Assembly: GCA_937930695.1 (NCBI GenBank)
Contig: CALHCB010000087.1
Coordinates: 196 to 64,195 of the forward strand
Direction: 5' to 3'
DNA: 64,000 nucleotides
Origin: an uncultured Acidimicrobiales bacterium
GTDB lineage: Bacteria > Actinomycetota > Acidimicrobiia > Acidimicrobiales > SZUA-35
The notes under the pieces were generated by a model that worked only from the letters and a program-made list of their open reading frames with translations, did not search any database and had not been told where the DNA came from. Shown here one piece after another: positions 48,842 to 57,599 of the stretch. Numbering within the stretch: position 1 is the first letter of the stretch; the number at the start of each line of letters is the position of its first letter. Made by a program: the position numbers and the translations under genes.

Positions 48842-50167
48842 ATGATGCGACCGGCTCACAAACCTGCCTCACGCTCTGCCGATCTCTTTGCTCGAGCCAA
48901 AGGCTCGATTCCCGGTGGAGCGTCGCGCTCGACCGTACTCACAGAACCGCATCCGATCTATATCGCTGAGGGTCGCGGCGCGTGGCTCACCGATATCGAC
49001 GGGAATCGATACCTCGACGCAAACAACAATTTCACGTCGATCATTCTCGGCCATGCTGATCCCGCAATCGACGCAGCGGTGAGGGAACAGCTCAGCCGCG
49101 GCACTGCCTATTCGATGGCAACAAGCATCGAAATCGAACTGGCCGAGTTGCTGACCGGACGCCTGAAGTCCGTCGATCAGATCCGATTCTGCAACTCGGG
49201 AACCGAAGCGGTCATGGGAGCGATCAAAGCCGCACGTGCCTTCACCGGGCGCCCCCTGATCGTGAAGGTTGAGGGGAGTTACCACGGTACCTATGACCAC
49301 GCAGAGGCCAGTCTTGATCCCGACCCAACAGAGTGGGGCGATGCGGGCTCTCCCACGACCGTGCCGTATGCGGGTGGGGCGCCGACGTCCGTGGCGAACG
49401 AGGTTGCCGTGATTCCATTCAACGATGCCGAGGCTGCGCGTACCACCATCCGTGCGGTCGGTGAGCGTTGCGCCGCCATCTTGTTGGATCCCATGCCGAG
49501 TCGAGTCGGGATGCCCACAGTGACTCCCGAATTTCTTCGCTCCATCGAAGAGACTGCTCGTGAAGTCGGAGCGCTCGTCATCCTCGATGAGGTCATTTCG
49601 TTTCGGCTTGCTCACGGCGGAGCCCAAGAGAAGCTCGGGATCTCTCCTGACCTCACTGCGCTCGCAAAGATCATCGGCGGCGGATTTCCTGTGGGAGCGG
49701 TCGGTGGGCGGGCCGATGTGATGGCGGTGTTCGCCAAACAGGGTGGCAATCGTGCTGCGCTTCCGTCGGGTGGGACCTTCACGGCGAACCCGGTCACGAT
49801 GACCGCTGGTCTTGCCTGCATGGAACAGCTCGACAGCGACGCGTTCGACCGTCTCGATGCCATCGGAACGAGGTGCAGAACTGGACTGACAACGGGCTTT
49901 GACGCGGGCTCGATCGCCTGGCAAGTCACGGGTGCAGGGTCGCTGTTTCGTATCCACCCAAACAAGCGGGCGATTCGCAGCTACCGAGATACTCGACACT
50001 CGAGCGACGAGGCTGCCTCAATGGCCGAGCTGCAACGCCATCTCCTCGAACGAGAGGTCTATCTGTCGGATTACGGAATGGGCTGTTGGAATCTTGCTAC
50101 GACTGACGACGACATCGATCTGTTCGTGGATTCGGTGATCAGTTCGATCGGTGCCCTCCGCTTGTGA
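48842..50167 (+). CDS. Class-III aminotransferase (glutamate-1-semialdehyde aminomutase-like)
   Basis: [16 protein letters not shown]... N-terminus and the PLP-lysine region [16 protein letters not shown]. Confidence 0.9.
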   Translation: MMRPAHKPASRSADLFARAKGSIPGGASRSTVLTEPHPIYIAEGRGAWLTDIDGNRYLDANNNFTSIILGHADPAIDAAVREQLSRGTAYSMATSIEIELAELLTGRLKSVDQIRFCNSGTEAVMGAIKAARAFTGRPLIVKVEGSYHGTYDHAEASLDPDPTEWGDAGSPTTVPYAGGAPTSVANEVAVIPFNDAEAARTTIRAVGERCAAILLDPMPSRVGMPTVTPEFLRSIEETAREVGALVILDEVISFRLAHGGAQEKLGISPDLTALAKIIGGGFPVGAVGGRADVMAVFAKQGGNRAALPSGGTFTANPVTMTAGLACMEQLDSDAFDRLDAIGTRCRTGLTTGFDAGSIAWQVTGAGSLFRIHPNKRAIRSYRDTRHSSDEAASMAELQRHLLEREVYLSDYGMGCWNLATTDDDIDLFVDSVISSIGALRL

Positions 50168-50664
50168 ACCCTGAACTGCAGGTCCATCAGGGCGATATCA
50201 CCGAGCAACGTGTCGACGCAATCGTCAACGCGGCAAACGAAACGCTTCTTGGTGGCGGTGGGGTCGACGGTGCCATTCATCGTGCCGCCGGGCCTGAGTT
50301 GTTGGCGGTGTGTCGCACACTCGGAGGTTGCGAGACCGGGCGAGCGAAGATCACCCCGGGTTTCGATCTTGTGGCGTCCTGGATCATCCATACGGTGGGG
50401 CCAATCTGGGATGGCGGTCACCGTGCCGAGCCCGAACTCCTCGCCTCGTGCTACCGCAACTCGTTGACCCTTGCGGAGGAGGCTGGTGTTGACTCGATCG
50501 CCTTTCCTGCGATTTCCACCGGTGTCTACGGGTATCCGATCGAGGACGCTGCCGACGTCGCAGTTCGCACCGTGCGAACCTCGAATTGTGCGGTCTCGCT
50601 GGTTCGATTTGTCGCCTTCGACACGCAGACCTACGACGTGTATTGCGGGTTACTTGGTGAGTGA
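50164..50664 (+). CDS. Macro-domain protein (O-acetyl-ADP-ribose deacetylase-like)
   Basis: [34 protein letters not shown] ... [16 protein letters not shown] overlap with the aminotransferase stop. Confidence 0.92.
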   Translation: MNPELQVHQGDITEQRVDAIVNAANETLLGGGGVDGAIHRAAGPELLAVCRTLGGCETGRAKITPGFDLVASWIIHTVGPIWDGGHRAEPELLASCYRNSLTLAEEAGVDSIAFPAISTGVYGYPIEDAADVAVRTVRTSNCAVSLVRFVAFDTQTYDVYCGLLGE

Positions 50665-50704
50665 GCGTGCGTCATCCACGCCATGGTGTGCAAGAAGATC
50701 CACG

Positions 50705-51334
50705 TCAGGACCAGCGATGGATCCCCATGCTCACCGCTGCATGAGTCGCCAGAGCAATACGGGATCCCCACGGTGAGCGCGGCCCTGCGAATCGTTCTCC
50801 TGCAGCCTCTTGGGGCCAACAGATCACGATCGCGTCGCTTGCCGTACCGGTGCCGTCCACCCCGGCCTCGAGTAGTGCCTGCGACTTCGCTTCGGTGGCC
50901 GTGACAACTGCGTTGACCGCTGCCGCCGGATCAAGAGCAACGGGCAACTGGATCACAATATTGATCGTGCCCGGCTCCCCCAAGCCAACGCGAGCGCCTG
51001 GATCAGCCGCCCACGTCGGATTCGAAATGCCGACGGTCGTATCCACGACCACCGCCTCGACTTCTGCCCGCTCCACCCGCGAGACATCTGCTGCGGTGAA
51101 GAGGCCAACGCCGTGACCGGTCAGCTCGAACTCGGCCGCAATCTCCTTGACATGGGCCTCGAGATCAGTTCGGGCATAGCTTTTTGGCACACCAATGTTG
51201 ACCAGCCAGGGTGCGGCAACCAGTCCGCCGCCAACCGCGGCGGATGAGAGCATCGACACCGGCTGCTCCCACTCCCAGACGAGCACTGCCCGACGGCGCT
51301 CGTTCTCCAGATGGAGCGCGGGCTCTCGTGTCAC
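50705..51334 (-). CDS. cbiZ: Adenosylcobinamide amidohydrolase (CbiZ family)
   Basis: SMLSSAAVGGGL..., GLFTAADV..., TVGISNPTWAAD... match the CbiZ layout as I recall it. Confidence 0.7.
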   Translation of the reverse strand: MTREPALHLENERRRAVLVWEWEQPVSMLSSAAVGGGLVAAPWLVNIGVPKSYARTDLEAHVKEIAAEFELTGHGVGLFTAADVSRVERAEVEAVVVDTTVGISNPTWAADPGARVGLGEPGTINIVIQLPVALDPAAAVNAVVTATEAKSQALLEAGVDGTGTASDAIVICWPQEAAGERFAGPRSPWGSRIALATHAAVSMGIHRWS

Positions 51335-51376
51335 GGATGCACCGCCGTCGGCCGTCGTTGCTGAGACATGCCGCCG

Positions 51377-52165
51377 CTACCCAGCCCAGTCTTGCTTGGG
51401 GGCGAAGAGATCCCCGAGATCCTCGAACGAGGAGTCGGCCGCGACCGGCTTGGCAATGAACCACTCCGTACCAAAACGAGCGCGGAATCCGTCCAGATCA
51501 GGATTGTCAGGATCCCAGTCGTCTGGCACCTGCGAGAGATGATGTCCGATGGCCTTCGCTTTCTGGAGGAACCACTTCTCACCACCGACGAAATGGGTGA
51601 GATCTTCTTCCGCCGCCGCGAACTTCGTGTCAATCGATCCGTCAGCATCAGGCAAACCCGCCAGGTGCTCGCGGTTGTATGTTGCGTCGAGAACCCACGG
51701 GGCAAGTTCCAACGTGGCCATCTGGTGCGCAACCAGATGGACCTGCACGTGGTCGGGGTGGCCGTATGTCCCGTTGGCGTCGTACCCGATGATGGCATCG
51801 AGCGTCTCATCTTCGAGGAGATCGGCAACCTGGGCTGCGACGGTGGCCGGATCAGCGTTCGAGAACGCGGCGGGATTGGAGGTGGTGTCGGTTCCCGCCA
51901 TCCCTGAGTCGTCATAGGGCAACCACTCGATGCGGTCGGCACCGAGTTCGGCGCAGGCTGCAAGGGCTTCTCGCACCCTGCGATCACCGAGCGACTCTTC
52001 ACCGAGATCCTGATTCGTCTCGCCCGCATCACCCCGTGTGCCATAGACCACGATGGTTCGCATCCCGAGCGACTTGGCTTTCGCCATGGTTGCACCGGTG
52101 AGAATGCACTCGTCGTCGGGGTGGGCTTGAAGAAACAGCAAGGTTTTCGGGGACATGCTCGTCAT
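51377..52165 (-). CDS. PIG-L (LmbE-like) family deacetylase
   Basis: LFLQAHPDDECI motif and the downstream HPDH metal site. Confidence 0.88.
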   Translation of the reverse strand: MTSMSPKTLLFLQAHPDDECILTGATMAKAKSLGMRTIVVYGTRGDAGETNQDLGEESLGDRRVREALAACAELGADRIEWLPYDDSGMAGTDTTSNPAAFSNADPATVAAQVADLLEDETLDAIIGYDANGTYGHPDHVQVHLVAHQMATLELAPWVLDATYNREHLAGLPDADGSIDTKFAAAEEDLTHFVGGEKWFLQKAKAIGHHLSQVPDDWDPDNPDLDGFRARFGTEWFIAKPVAADSSFEDLGDLFAPKQDWAG

Positions 52166-52393
52166 CCAGAGACCCTACGTCGAGGAGCGCATGTACCAAT
52201 CGCAGAACTGAACGCAGAACTGCTCATCAAGTGCGAACGGCTCACCCTCGACAGCATCCCCGGGCACGATCCAGCTCGAGTAGAGCGTGCATCTCTCACC
52301 ATCGATCGGCAGGATTCAGTTCGTTGCGGATGTGATCGGACACATACCTACGTTGACCCGTTTGCCGTCGACAAGGGCGGCTACGGAACCTAC

Positions 52394-53050
52394 TCAGCCT
52401 GCTGATCCACCATCTGTATCCAGACGAACGAGTCCATCGAGGATCAAGTCCAGGACCAATTCGAAGCTGCTTCCGGACCGCCCTTCCATATGTTCCTGAA
52501 CGTGGGCGATCATGTGCGGAAAGGCCTCGGCAGAGAGGCTCTCTACATAGGTCCGGGCCGTCGCCTCAGGATCATCGATGCCCAGGGTCATTCCGAGTTC
52601 TTGCAGCGTGTAGCCCACCACATGATTCGACACGGCGTGGAAGCCATGATGGGCAAGATCCGGAGTGAGTCCACTCCCGTACAGGTTCGCAAGGAGTTGT
52701 TCCATGAGATCGGTTCTGGCAGGGCCGGGCATGTGTTGCTGCCAGAGCGACGCCGCCCAGGGATGCCGCACCAGCATCGCGCGGTTTGAAACCGCAATGA
52801 GACGCACCGTCTCGAGGGGTGGACCTCCATGATCGGAAAGGTCGATTTCGGCGGCGACAGTATCGAGCATCAGCCCGAGCAAGTCATGCTTGTTGGCAAC
52901 GTGGTTGTAGAGCGCCATCACGCCGAAACCGAGTCGCTCGGCAAGGTTCCGCATACTGAGCGAGTCGACGCCCTTCTCGTCAGCAATGGCGATGGCGGTC
53001 GACACAATCGTCTCGGCTCGCAGCGGTTCTCGACGACTGATGTTCTTCAT
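52394..53050 (-). CDS. TetR family transcriptional regulator
   Basis: HTH region (VDSLSMRNLAERLGFGVMALYNHVANKHDL). ORF 52394..53203 is trimmed to ATG 53050 (MKNISRREP...). Confidence 0.88.
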   Translation of the reverse strand: MKNISRREPLRAETIVSTAIAIADEKGVDSLSMRNLAERLGFGVMALYNHVANKHDLLGLMLDTVAAEIDLSDHGGPPLETVRLIAVSNRAMLVRHPWAASLWQQHMPGPARTDLMEQLLANLYGSGLTPDLAHHGFHAVSNHVVGYTLQELGMTLGIDDPEATARTYVESLSAEAFPHMIAHVQEHMEGRSGSSFELVLDLILDGLVRLDTDGGSAG

Positions 53051-53116
53051 TCCCCTCCTCCCCTTGTCGAGCAACGGCACATTCAACCATTGGACCTGGC
53101 AACAACCGCTTGACGA

Positions 53117-53168
53117 ACGTACACCGTACAGACTAAACGTACGGTGTACGTATCGACGTACACCGTAC
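53117..53168. promoter_or_regulatory. Three copies of a 13-nt motif (candidate TetR operator array) in a divergent promoter region
   Basis: ACGTACACCGTAC at 53117-53129, its exact reverse complement GTACGGTGTACGT at 53139-53151, and ACGTACACCGTAC again at 53156-53168. These form two overlapping perfect palindromes. The array lies between TetR (start 53050, minus strand) and the MDR oxidoreductase (start 53186, plus strand). Confidence 0.7.
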
Positions 53169-53185
53169 ATTCTTGAGGGAACCAC

Positions 53186-54175
53186 ATGCACGAAACCATG
53201 CAAGCCGCTGTTGCCCGCCGCTACGGGACCGCGGAGGTACTCGCCATCGAGAAGGTTCCCGTGCCGGCTCCCAACGACCGACAGGTGTTGGTCGAGGTGC
53301 AGGCCTCATCGTTCAACGCCCTTGACGGCCACTTTCTCACCGGAACGCCGTACTTCCTGCGGCTCCTCTCTGGTTTGCGAACGCCCAAGCGCCTCATCCA
53401 CGGCGCAGATGTATGCGGAGTCGTTCGAGCAAGCGGCTCCAACGTCAGTCGATTCGCTCCTGGAGATGTGGTGTTCGGCGAATGCGATGGCGGTGGATTC
53501 GGTCAGTTCTTGGCCGTCAAGGAAGATCACATCGTGATCAAACCACCATCGGTGTCCGCTGATGACGCAGCAGCCACTCCAGTTGCCGGCCTCACAGCGG
53601 TGCAGGGTCTTCGCTCCCAAGCACGATTACAACCGGGTGAACACGTGTTGATCAATGGAGCTGCCGGTGGCGTGGGGACCTTCGCCGTGCAGATTGCCAA
53701 GGCGTTGGGAGCCGAAGTCACTGCTGTCTGCAGCACGAGAAACGTCGAGATGGTTCGATCCATCGGCGCAGATCATGTCGTGGACTATCACCACGACGAT
53801 TTCGTCGTTGGAGGCGAACGCTTCGACGTGATGCTCGACAACGTTGGCAATCGAACGCCCACTGCTTGCATCAGCGTGCTCCGCTCAGATGCTCGATACG
53901 TCGCGGTCAGCGGCCCGAAAGCAAACCCGTGGCTCGATCCACTTCCTCACCTGGCTCGGACGGCAATCGCAATGAAGCGCGCTGGGAGATCGTTCCATCA
54001 GTTCACTGCGAATGCGAACATCCAAGACCTGGAGTTTCTAGCGACCCTCCTCGAACAACGAACCGTGGTTCCTCAGATCGAGCGCATCGTCGGCCTCGAC
54101 GGCGTTGCCGATGGATTCACCGAGATCGCATCAGGACACGCTCGGGCCAAGATCGTGGTACATCCGGGCTCTTGA
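53186..54175 (+). CDS. NAD(P)H-dependent MDR-family oxidoreductase (quinone-oxidoreductase-like)
   Basis: MDR fold with INGAAGGVGTFAVQIAK and no structural-zinc Cys cluster. Confidence 0.88.
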   Translation: MHETMQAAVARRYGTAEVLAIEKVPVPAPNDRQVLVEVQASSFNALDGHFLTGTPYFLRLLSGLRTPKRLIHGADVCGVVRASGSNVSRFAPGDVVFGECDGGGFGQFLAVKEDHIVIKPPSVSADDAAATPVAGLTAVQGLRSQARLQPGEHVLINGAAGGVGTFAVQIAKALGAEVTAVCSTRNVEMVRSIGADHVVDYHHDDFVVGGERFDVMLDNVGNRTPTACISVLRSDARYVAVSGPKANPWLDPLPHLARTAIAMKRAGRSFHQFTANANIQDLEFLATLLEQRTVVPQIERIVGLDGVADGFTEIASGHARAKIVVHPGS

Positions 54176-54240
54176 CGCTGACGTTGCTGCCAGCCCACGC
54201 CAACCTTCACACTGCGCCGCGACCTCGGCATCATCACTCC

Positions 54241-55203
54241 TTAGGTAGATGGGGCGAAGTCATCGTCGAGATACACACGAATGATGTCGTCATAACTGTG
54301 GTCAGGTGTGAACCCGAGACCGAGCGCACGTTGGGTGTCAAACCGTTGTGGCCATCCCGCGACAATCTCGGCTACCGCTGGATCTTCGGCTTCGACGATC
54401 AGGTCAACCGCATCCTGACCGGCCACCCGTCCGAGCGCCTCGATCTGCTCGCCGACTGTGACCGATACCCCTGGCATCGTCAGGTTCCGACGGGCCCCAA
54501 GTGCCTCACTGTCGAGCTCGGCGGCGTGCACGATGTAATCGATCGCGGTGCGCGGGCTGGCATGGCTGTGTCGCACGTTCCTCGACACTGGCAACGAGGC
54601 CTGTACTCCGGCGAGCGGTTCGCGAATGACACCACTGAAGAAGCCAGACGCAGCCGCATTGGGAAGGCCGGGGCGCACGCTGATCGTCGGCAATCGGATC
54701 CCCACGCCATCAAAGAATCCTCTTCGGGTGTAGTCGGCCAACATGGCCTCGCCCATCATCTTTTGCGTGCCGTAGGACGTGAGTGGCGTGAGGTGAAAGT
54801 CGTCGGGAATTGGATCGGGAAACGGAGCGCCAAAGACCGCGATCGATGAGGTGAAAACAACTCGAGGCGTCCCCTCCGCGAGCCGGAGTGCATCGAACAG
54901 CAACCGGGTTCCGTCGAGATTGACGGCCATGCCCTTGTCAAAGTTGGCTTCGGCTTCACCCGACACCACACCAGCAAGATGGAAGATGACATCTGGCATC
55001 GGGTGAAGAAGATCGGCCGCAGCGCCCGGTTCGCTGAGATCAGCGACGACGGATCGACAGGTCGAGGCCGCAAGAGGGGAATCAACGACGTCGACGAGGT
55101 CCATCCGATCAATGGATAATCCTCGGAGCGATCCGAGATCGAGCAGACGGCGGGTCAGCTTCTGGCCCAACATGCCAGCAGCTCCTGTGATCAGAATGTG
55201 CAT
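54241..55203 (-). CDS. SDR-family NAD-dependent epimerase/dehydratase
   Basis: N-terminal MHILITGAAGMLG Rossmann motif and YxxxK (YGTQK). Confidence 0.88.
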   Translation of the reverse strand: MHILITGAAGMLGQKLTRRLLDLGSLRGLSIDRMDLVDVVDSPLAASTCRSVVADLSEPGAAADLLHPMPDVIFHLAGVVSGEAEANFDKGMAVNLDGTRLLFDALRLAEGTPRVVFTSSIAVFGAPFPDPIPDDFHLTPLTSYGTQKMMGEAMLADYTRRGFFDGVGIRLPTISVRPGLPNAAASGFFSGVIREPLAGVQASLPVSRNVRHSHASPRTAIDYIVHAAELDSEALGARRNLTMPGVSVTVGEQIEALGRVAGQDAVDLIVEAEDPAVAEIVAGWPQRFDTQRALGLGFTPDHSYDDIIRVYLDDDFAPST

Positions 55204-55351
55204 CCGGCGAAGCTAGCCCAGCCACAGCGACTCGCTGCAGTAGAGCAAGCAAGCTACCCATGACCCCAGCACCGTGACCCCAGCACCGTGGGAGAAGAGG
55301 CAAGCCTGCGACCGCAGCGCTACCTTGAGAGAGCCGAACGAGGAGCTTGCC

Positions 55352-55882
55352 ATGAACGTCCGTTGGTCGCATTGTGTCCTGCGTGTGCGGGATCTCGATG
55401 CCATGATCGAGTTCTATTGCGATGCACTTGGGTTCAAGCTCGCCGACCGTGGGGCAGTCAGCCCCGAGCAGAACATTGCGTTCCTGAGCGGCTCATCTAC
55501 CGACCATCACCAGCTCGGATTGATCACGGGTCGAGCCGACGACGACACATCGAGCCTCGACCACAACGCATTTCGAGTCGACTCCGTCGAAGACGTGCAA
55601 ACGATGGTGAACTGGGTCAACAACGACGAACGAACCGGCAAGGGCTTTCCCGTCACCCACGGCAACGCCGTGTCGGTGTACTTCAAGGATCCTGAAGGCA
55701 ATGGCATCGAGATCTTCTGTGACACCGCCTGGCACGTCCCACAACCTCAGATCGGCTTCTGGGATCCTTCCCAGACTCCAGAAGAGATCCTGGACAAGGT
55801 CAAGGCTGATTTTGGTGACGCCGATGGGTTTGGTCCGATTGAGGAGTATCAGGCTGCACAGGCCAGCATCTTCAACGAGTGA
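55352..55882 (+). CDS. VOC family protein (glyoxalase / extradiol dioxygenase fold)
   Basis: The start is ATG 55352, preceded by GAGGAG. WSHCVLRVRDLDAMIEFYCDALGF... ; ...DPEGNGIEIF. Confidence 0.85.
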   Translation: MNVRWSHCVLRVRDLDAMIEFYCDALGFKLADRGAVSPEQNIAFLSGSSTDHHQLGLITGRADDDTSSLDHNAFRVDSVEDVQTMVNWVNNDERTGKGFPVTHGNAVSVYFKDPEGNGIEIFCDTAWHVPQPQIGFWDPSQTPEEILDKVKADFGDADGFGPIEEYQAAQASIFNE

Positions 55883-55911
55883 CCGGCTCGTCGGTCTTCG
55901 TCTTCGACAGT

Positions 55912-56784
55912 TCAGCTTTCGTCTTCGACAGTATTGACCAGCACGCCCAGCTCTGAAATTTCCACCTCCACGACATCACCCGACTTCATGAAGAGCGGCG
56001 GCGTGCGAGCAAAGCCAACGCCCGAGGGCGTTCCGGTCACCACGACATCGCCGGGTTCGAGGGTCATGGCCTCGCTCAGAATCGCGATGAGACGGCGAAC
56101 AGGAAACACCAGATCGTCGACGTGACCGACTTGCATCTCGTCGCCGTTGAGCCGCGTCCTCAGGGTCAGCCCTTCCAATGCAGGCGGAAGCTCATCTGCC
56201 GTCACCAGTTCAGGACCAAACCCTCCGGTGCCATCGAAGTTCTTGCCGACCGTCCATTGCGATGCGAAGCGTTGATAGTCCCGCAATGTCGCATCGTTGA
56301 ACAGGGTGTATCCGGCAACAAAATCCAGGGCAGTTTCCTCAGTCGCATGGCGACACGTCGTGCCGATGACGAGCGCGAACTCGCCTTCGAAGTCAAGCTT
56401 GTCAGAGCAGCGAGGGGCCACGATGGTCCCGTTGTGGCCCACGAGGGATGTGGCACCTCGGACGAACACTTCTGGGAACGTTGGGGTCTCTGCACCACCT
56501 TCAGCCGCGTGCGCCGCGTAGTTACGACCGATGCAAAGCACTTTCCCCGGCCTTGGGATCAACGGGAGGTAGTGAGGATCCTCCACGAACAGCGCCTCGT
56601 CCATGGCACCATTCGCTCCCGCTGCGTCGACACGTGCCCGCAGATCCTCGAGCTTTCCCGCAGCCAACAGCCCGATCAGTGTTGCGGGCAACGTCGGGTC
56701 AAGACGCGCGACCGACACCACGCCTTCCGCCAGCCGAACCCCAAGACGGGCGTCGCCTCCGTCGGCATAGGTCAACAAACGCAT
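55912..56784 (-). CDS. Fumarylacetoacetate hydrolase family protein
   Basis: FAH fold (KVLCIGRNYAAHA..., DFEGEFALVIG..., GDVVVTGTPSGVG). Confidence 0.92.
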   Translation of the reverse strand: MRLLTYADGGDARLGVRLAEGVVSVARLDPTLPATLIGLLAAGKLEDLRARVDAAGANGAMDEALFVEDPHYLPLIPRPGKVLCIGRNYAAHAAEGGAETPTFPEVFVRGATSLVGHNGTIVAPRCSDKLDFEGEFALVIGTTCRHATEETALDFVAGYTLFNDATLRDYQRFASQWTVGKNFDGTGGFGPELVTADELPPALEGLTLRTRLNGDEMQVGHVDDLVFPVRRLIAILSEAMTLEPGDVVVTGTPSGVGFARTPPLFMKSGDVVEVEISELGVLVNTVEDES

Positions 56785-56958
56785 GGCGGATCTCCTGTAG
56801 TTCGTACTCGGGATCTGAGTCTGTCAGGTCCAGCGAGCGAGCTGAAACCGAACCTCTACAGTGTGGAGAACATCACCGTGGAGACCATCGGGCCGAATAC
56901 GTTGTTCACTCGGCGCCACGGCTCTCGTGCTCTGCGAACAACGCAATGAGGATGAATC

Positions 56959-57534
56959 TTGACTGACCGCACTGCTCGCTCCCCGCTGACCAACTCTGTG
57001 TTCCTCGACCGATGGTCGCCACGATCCTTCAGCGGCACCCCGGTGAGCGCCGAACAGCTCGACGCCATGTTCGAAGCGGCTCGCTGGACACCGTCTTGGA
57101 TGAACAATCAGCCGTGGATCTTCGCCTACGACACCGATGGCCCAGGCAGGGAGCCGATTCTCGAATCGTTCATGGAGTTCAACAGGGGTTGGGCATCGGC
57201 CGCTCCTGTTGTCGGTTTGGTGCTGGCGAAGACCGAGCTTGCTGACTTCATGGCCCGCACCCGAGATTTCGACACCGGGGCAGCAATGATGAGTCTGACG
57301 TTGCAAGCCACCATGCTCGGCTTGTCCGTCCACGTCCTGGGCGGAGTGGATCTCGACGCGGCGTACGACGCTACGGGAGCCGATCGGGAGACGACCGAGA
57401 TTCTCTGCGGCTTCGTCATCGGTCATCGGGGCGACATTGCCGACCTGCCTGAGGGGCTCCAGGAGAAGGAGCAACCGAGCGATCGCAAGCCGACAGACGA
57501 GTTCGTTTTCAAGGGTGGACGGGTCACTGGCTGA
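56959..57534 (+). CDS. Nitroreductase family protein
   Basis: FLDRWSPRSFSG...AARWTPSWMNNQPW... is a classic nitroreductase N-terminus. Apparent TTG start. Confidence 0.85.
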   Translation: MTDRTARSPLTNSVFLDRWSPRSFSGTPVSAEQLDAMFEAARWTPSWMNNQPWIFAYDTDGPGREPILESFMEFNRGWASAAPVVGLVLAKTELADFMARTRDFDTGAAMMSLTLQATMLGLSVHVLGGVDLDAAYDATGADRETTEILCGFVIGHRGDIADLPEGLQEKEQPSDRKPTDEFVFKGGRVTG

Positions 57535-57547
57535 CCGGAAGACCGAA

Positions 57548-57588
57548 ATGTCCCGTCTCTCGTTTCGAACTGAACGAGATCGGGACAT
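57548..57588 (+). terminator. Strong imperfect hairpin between two same-strand genes (terminator, attenuator or operator)
   Basis: ATGTCCCG-TC-TCTCGTT (57548-57564), loop TCGAACTG, AACGAGA-T-CGGGACAT (57573-57588): 15 bp in two helices. There is no U-tract. Confidence 0.45.
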
Positions 57589-57599
57589 AGGCTGCGACG

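Noticed and set aside
48869-49999. 376-aa ORF on the minus strand
   Set aside because: It is antisense to the class-III aminotransferase gene, which has a clear PLP-enzyme sequence.
51331-52095. 254-aa minus-strand ORF in a different frame from the PIG-L gene
   Set aside because: It overlaps the PIG-L deacetylase frame, which carries the AHPDDE motif. This alternative-frame translation is Pro/Ser/Arg/Thr-rich.
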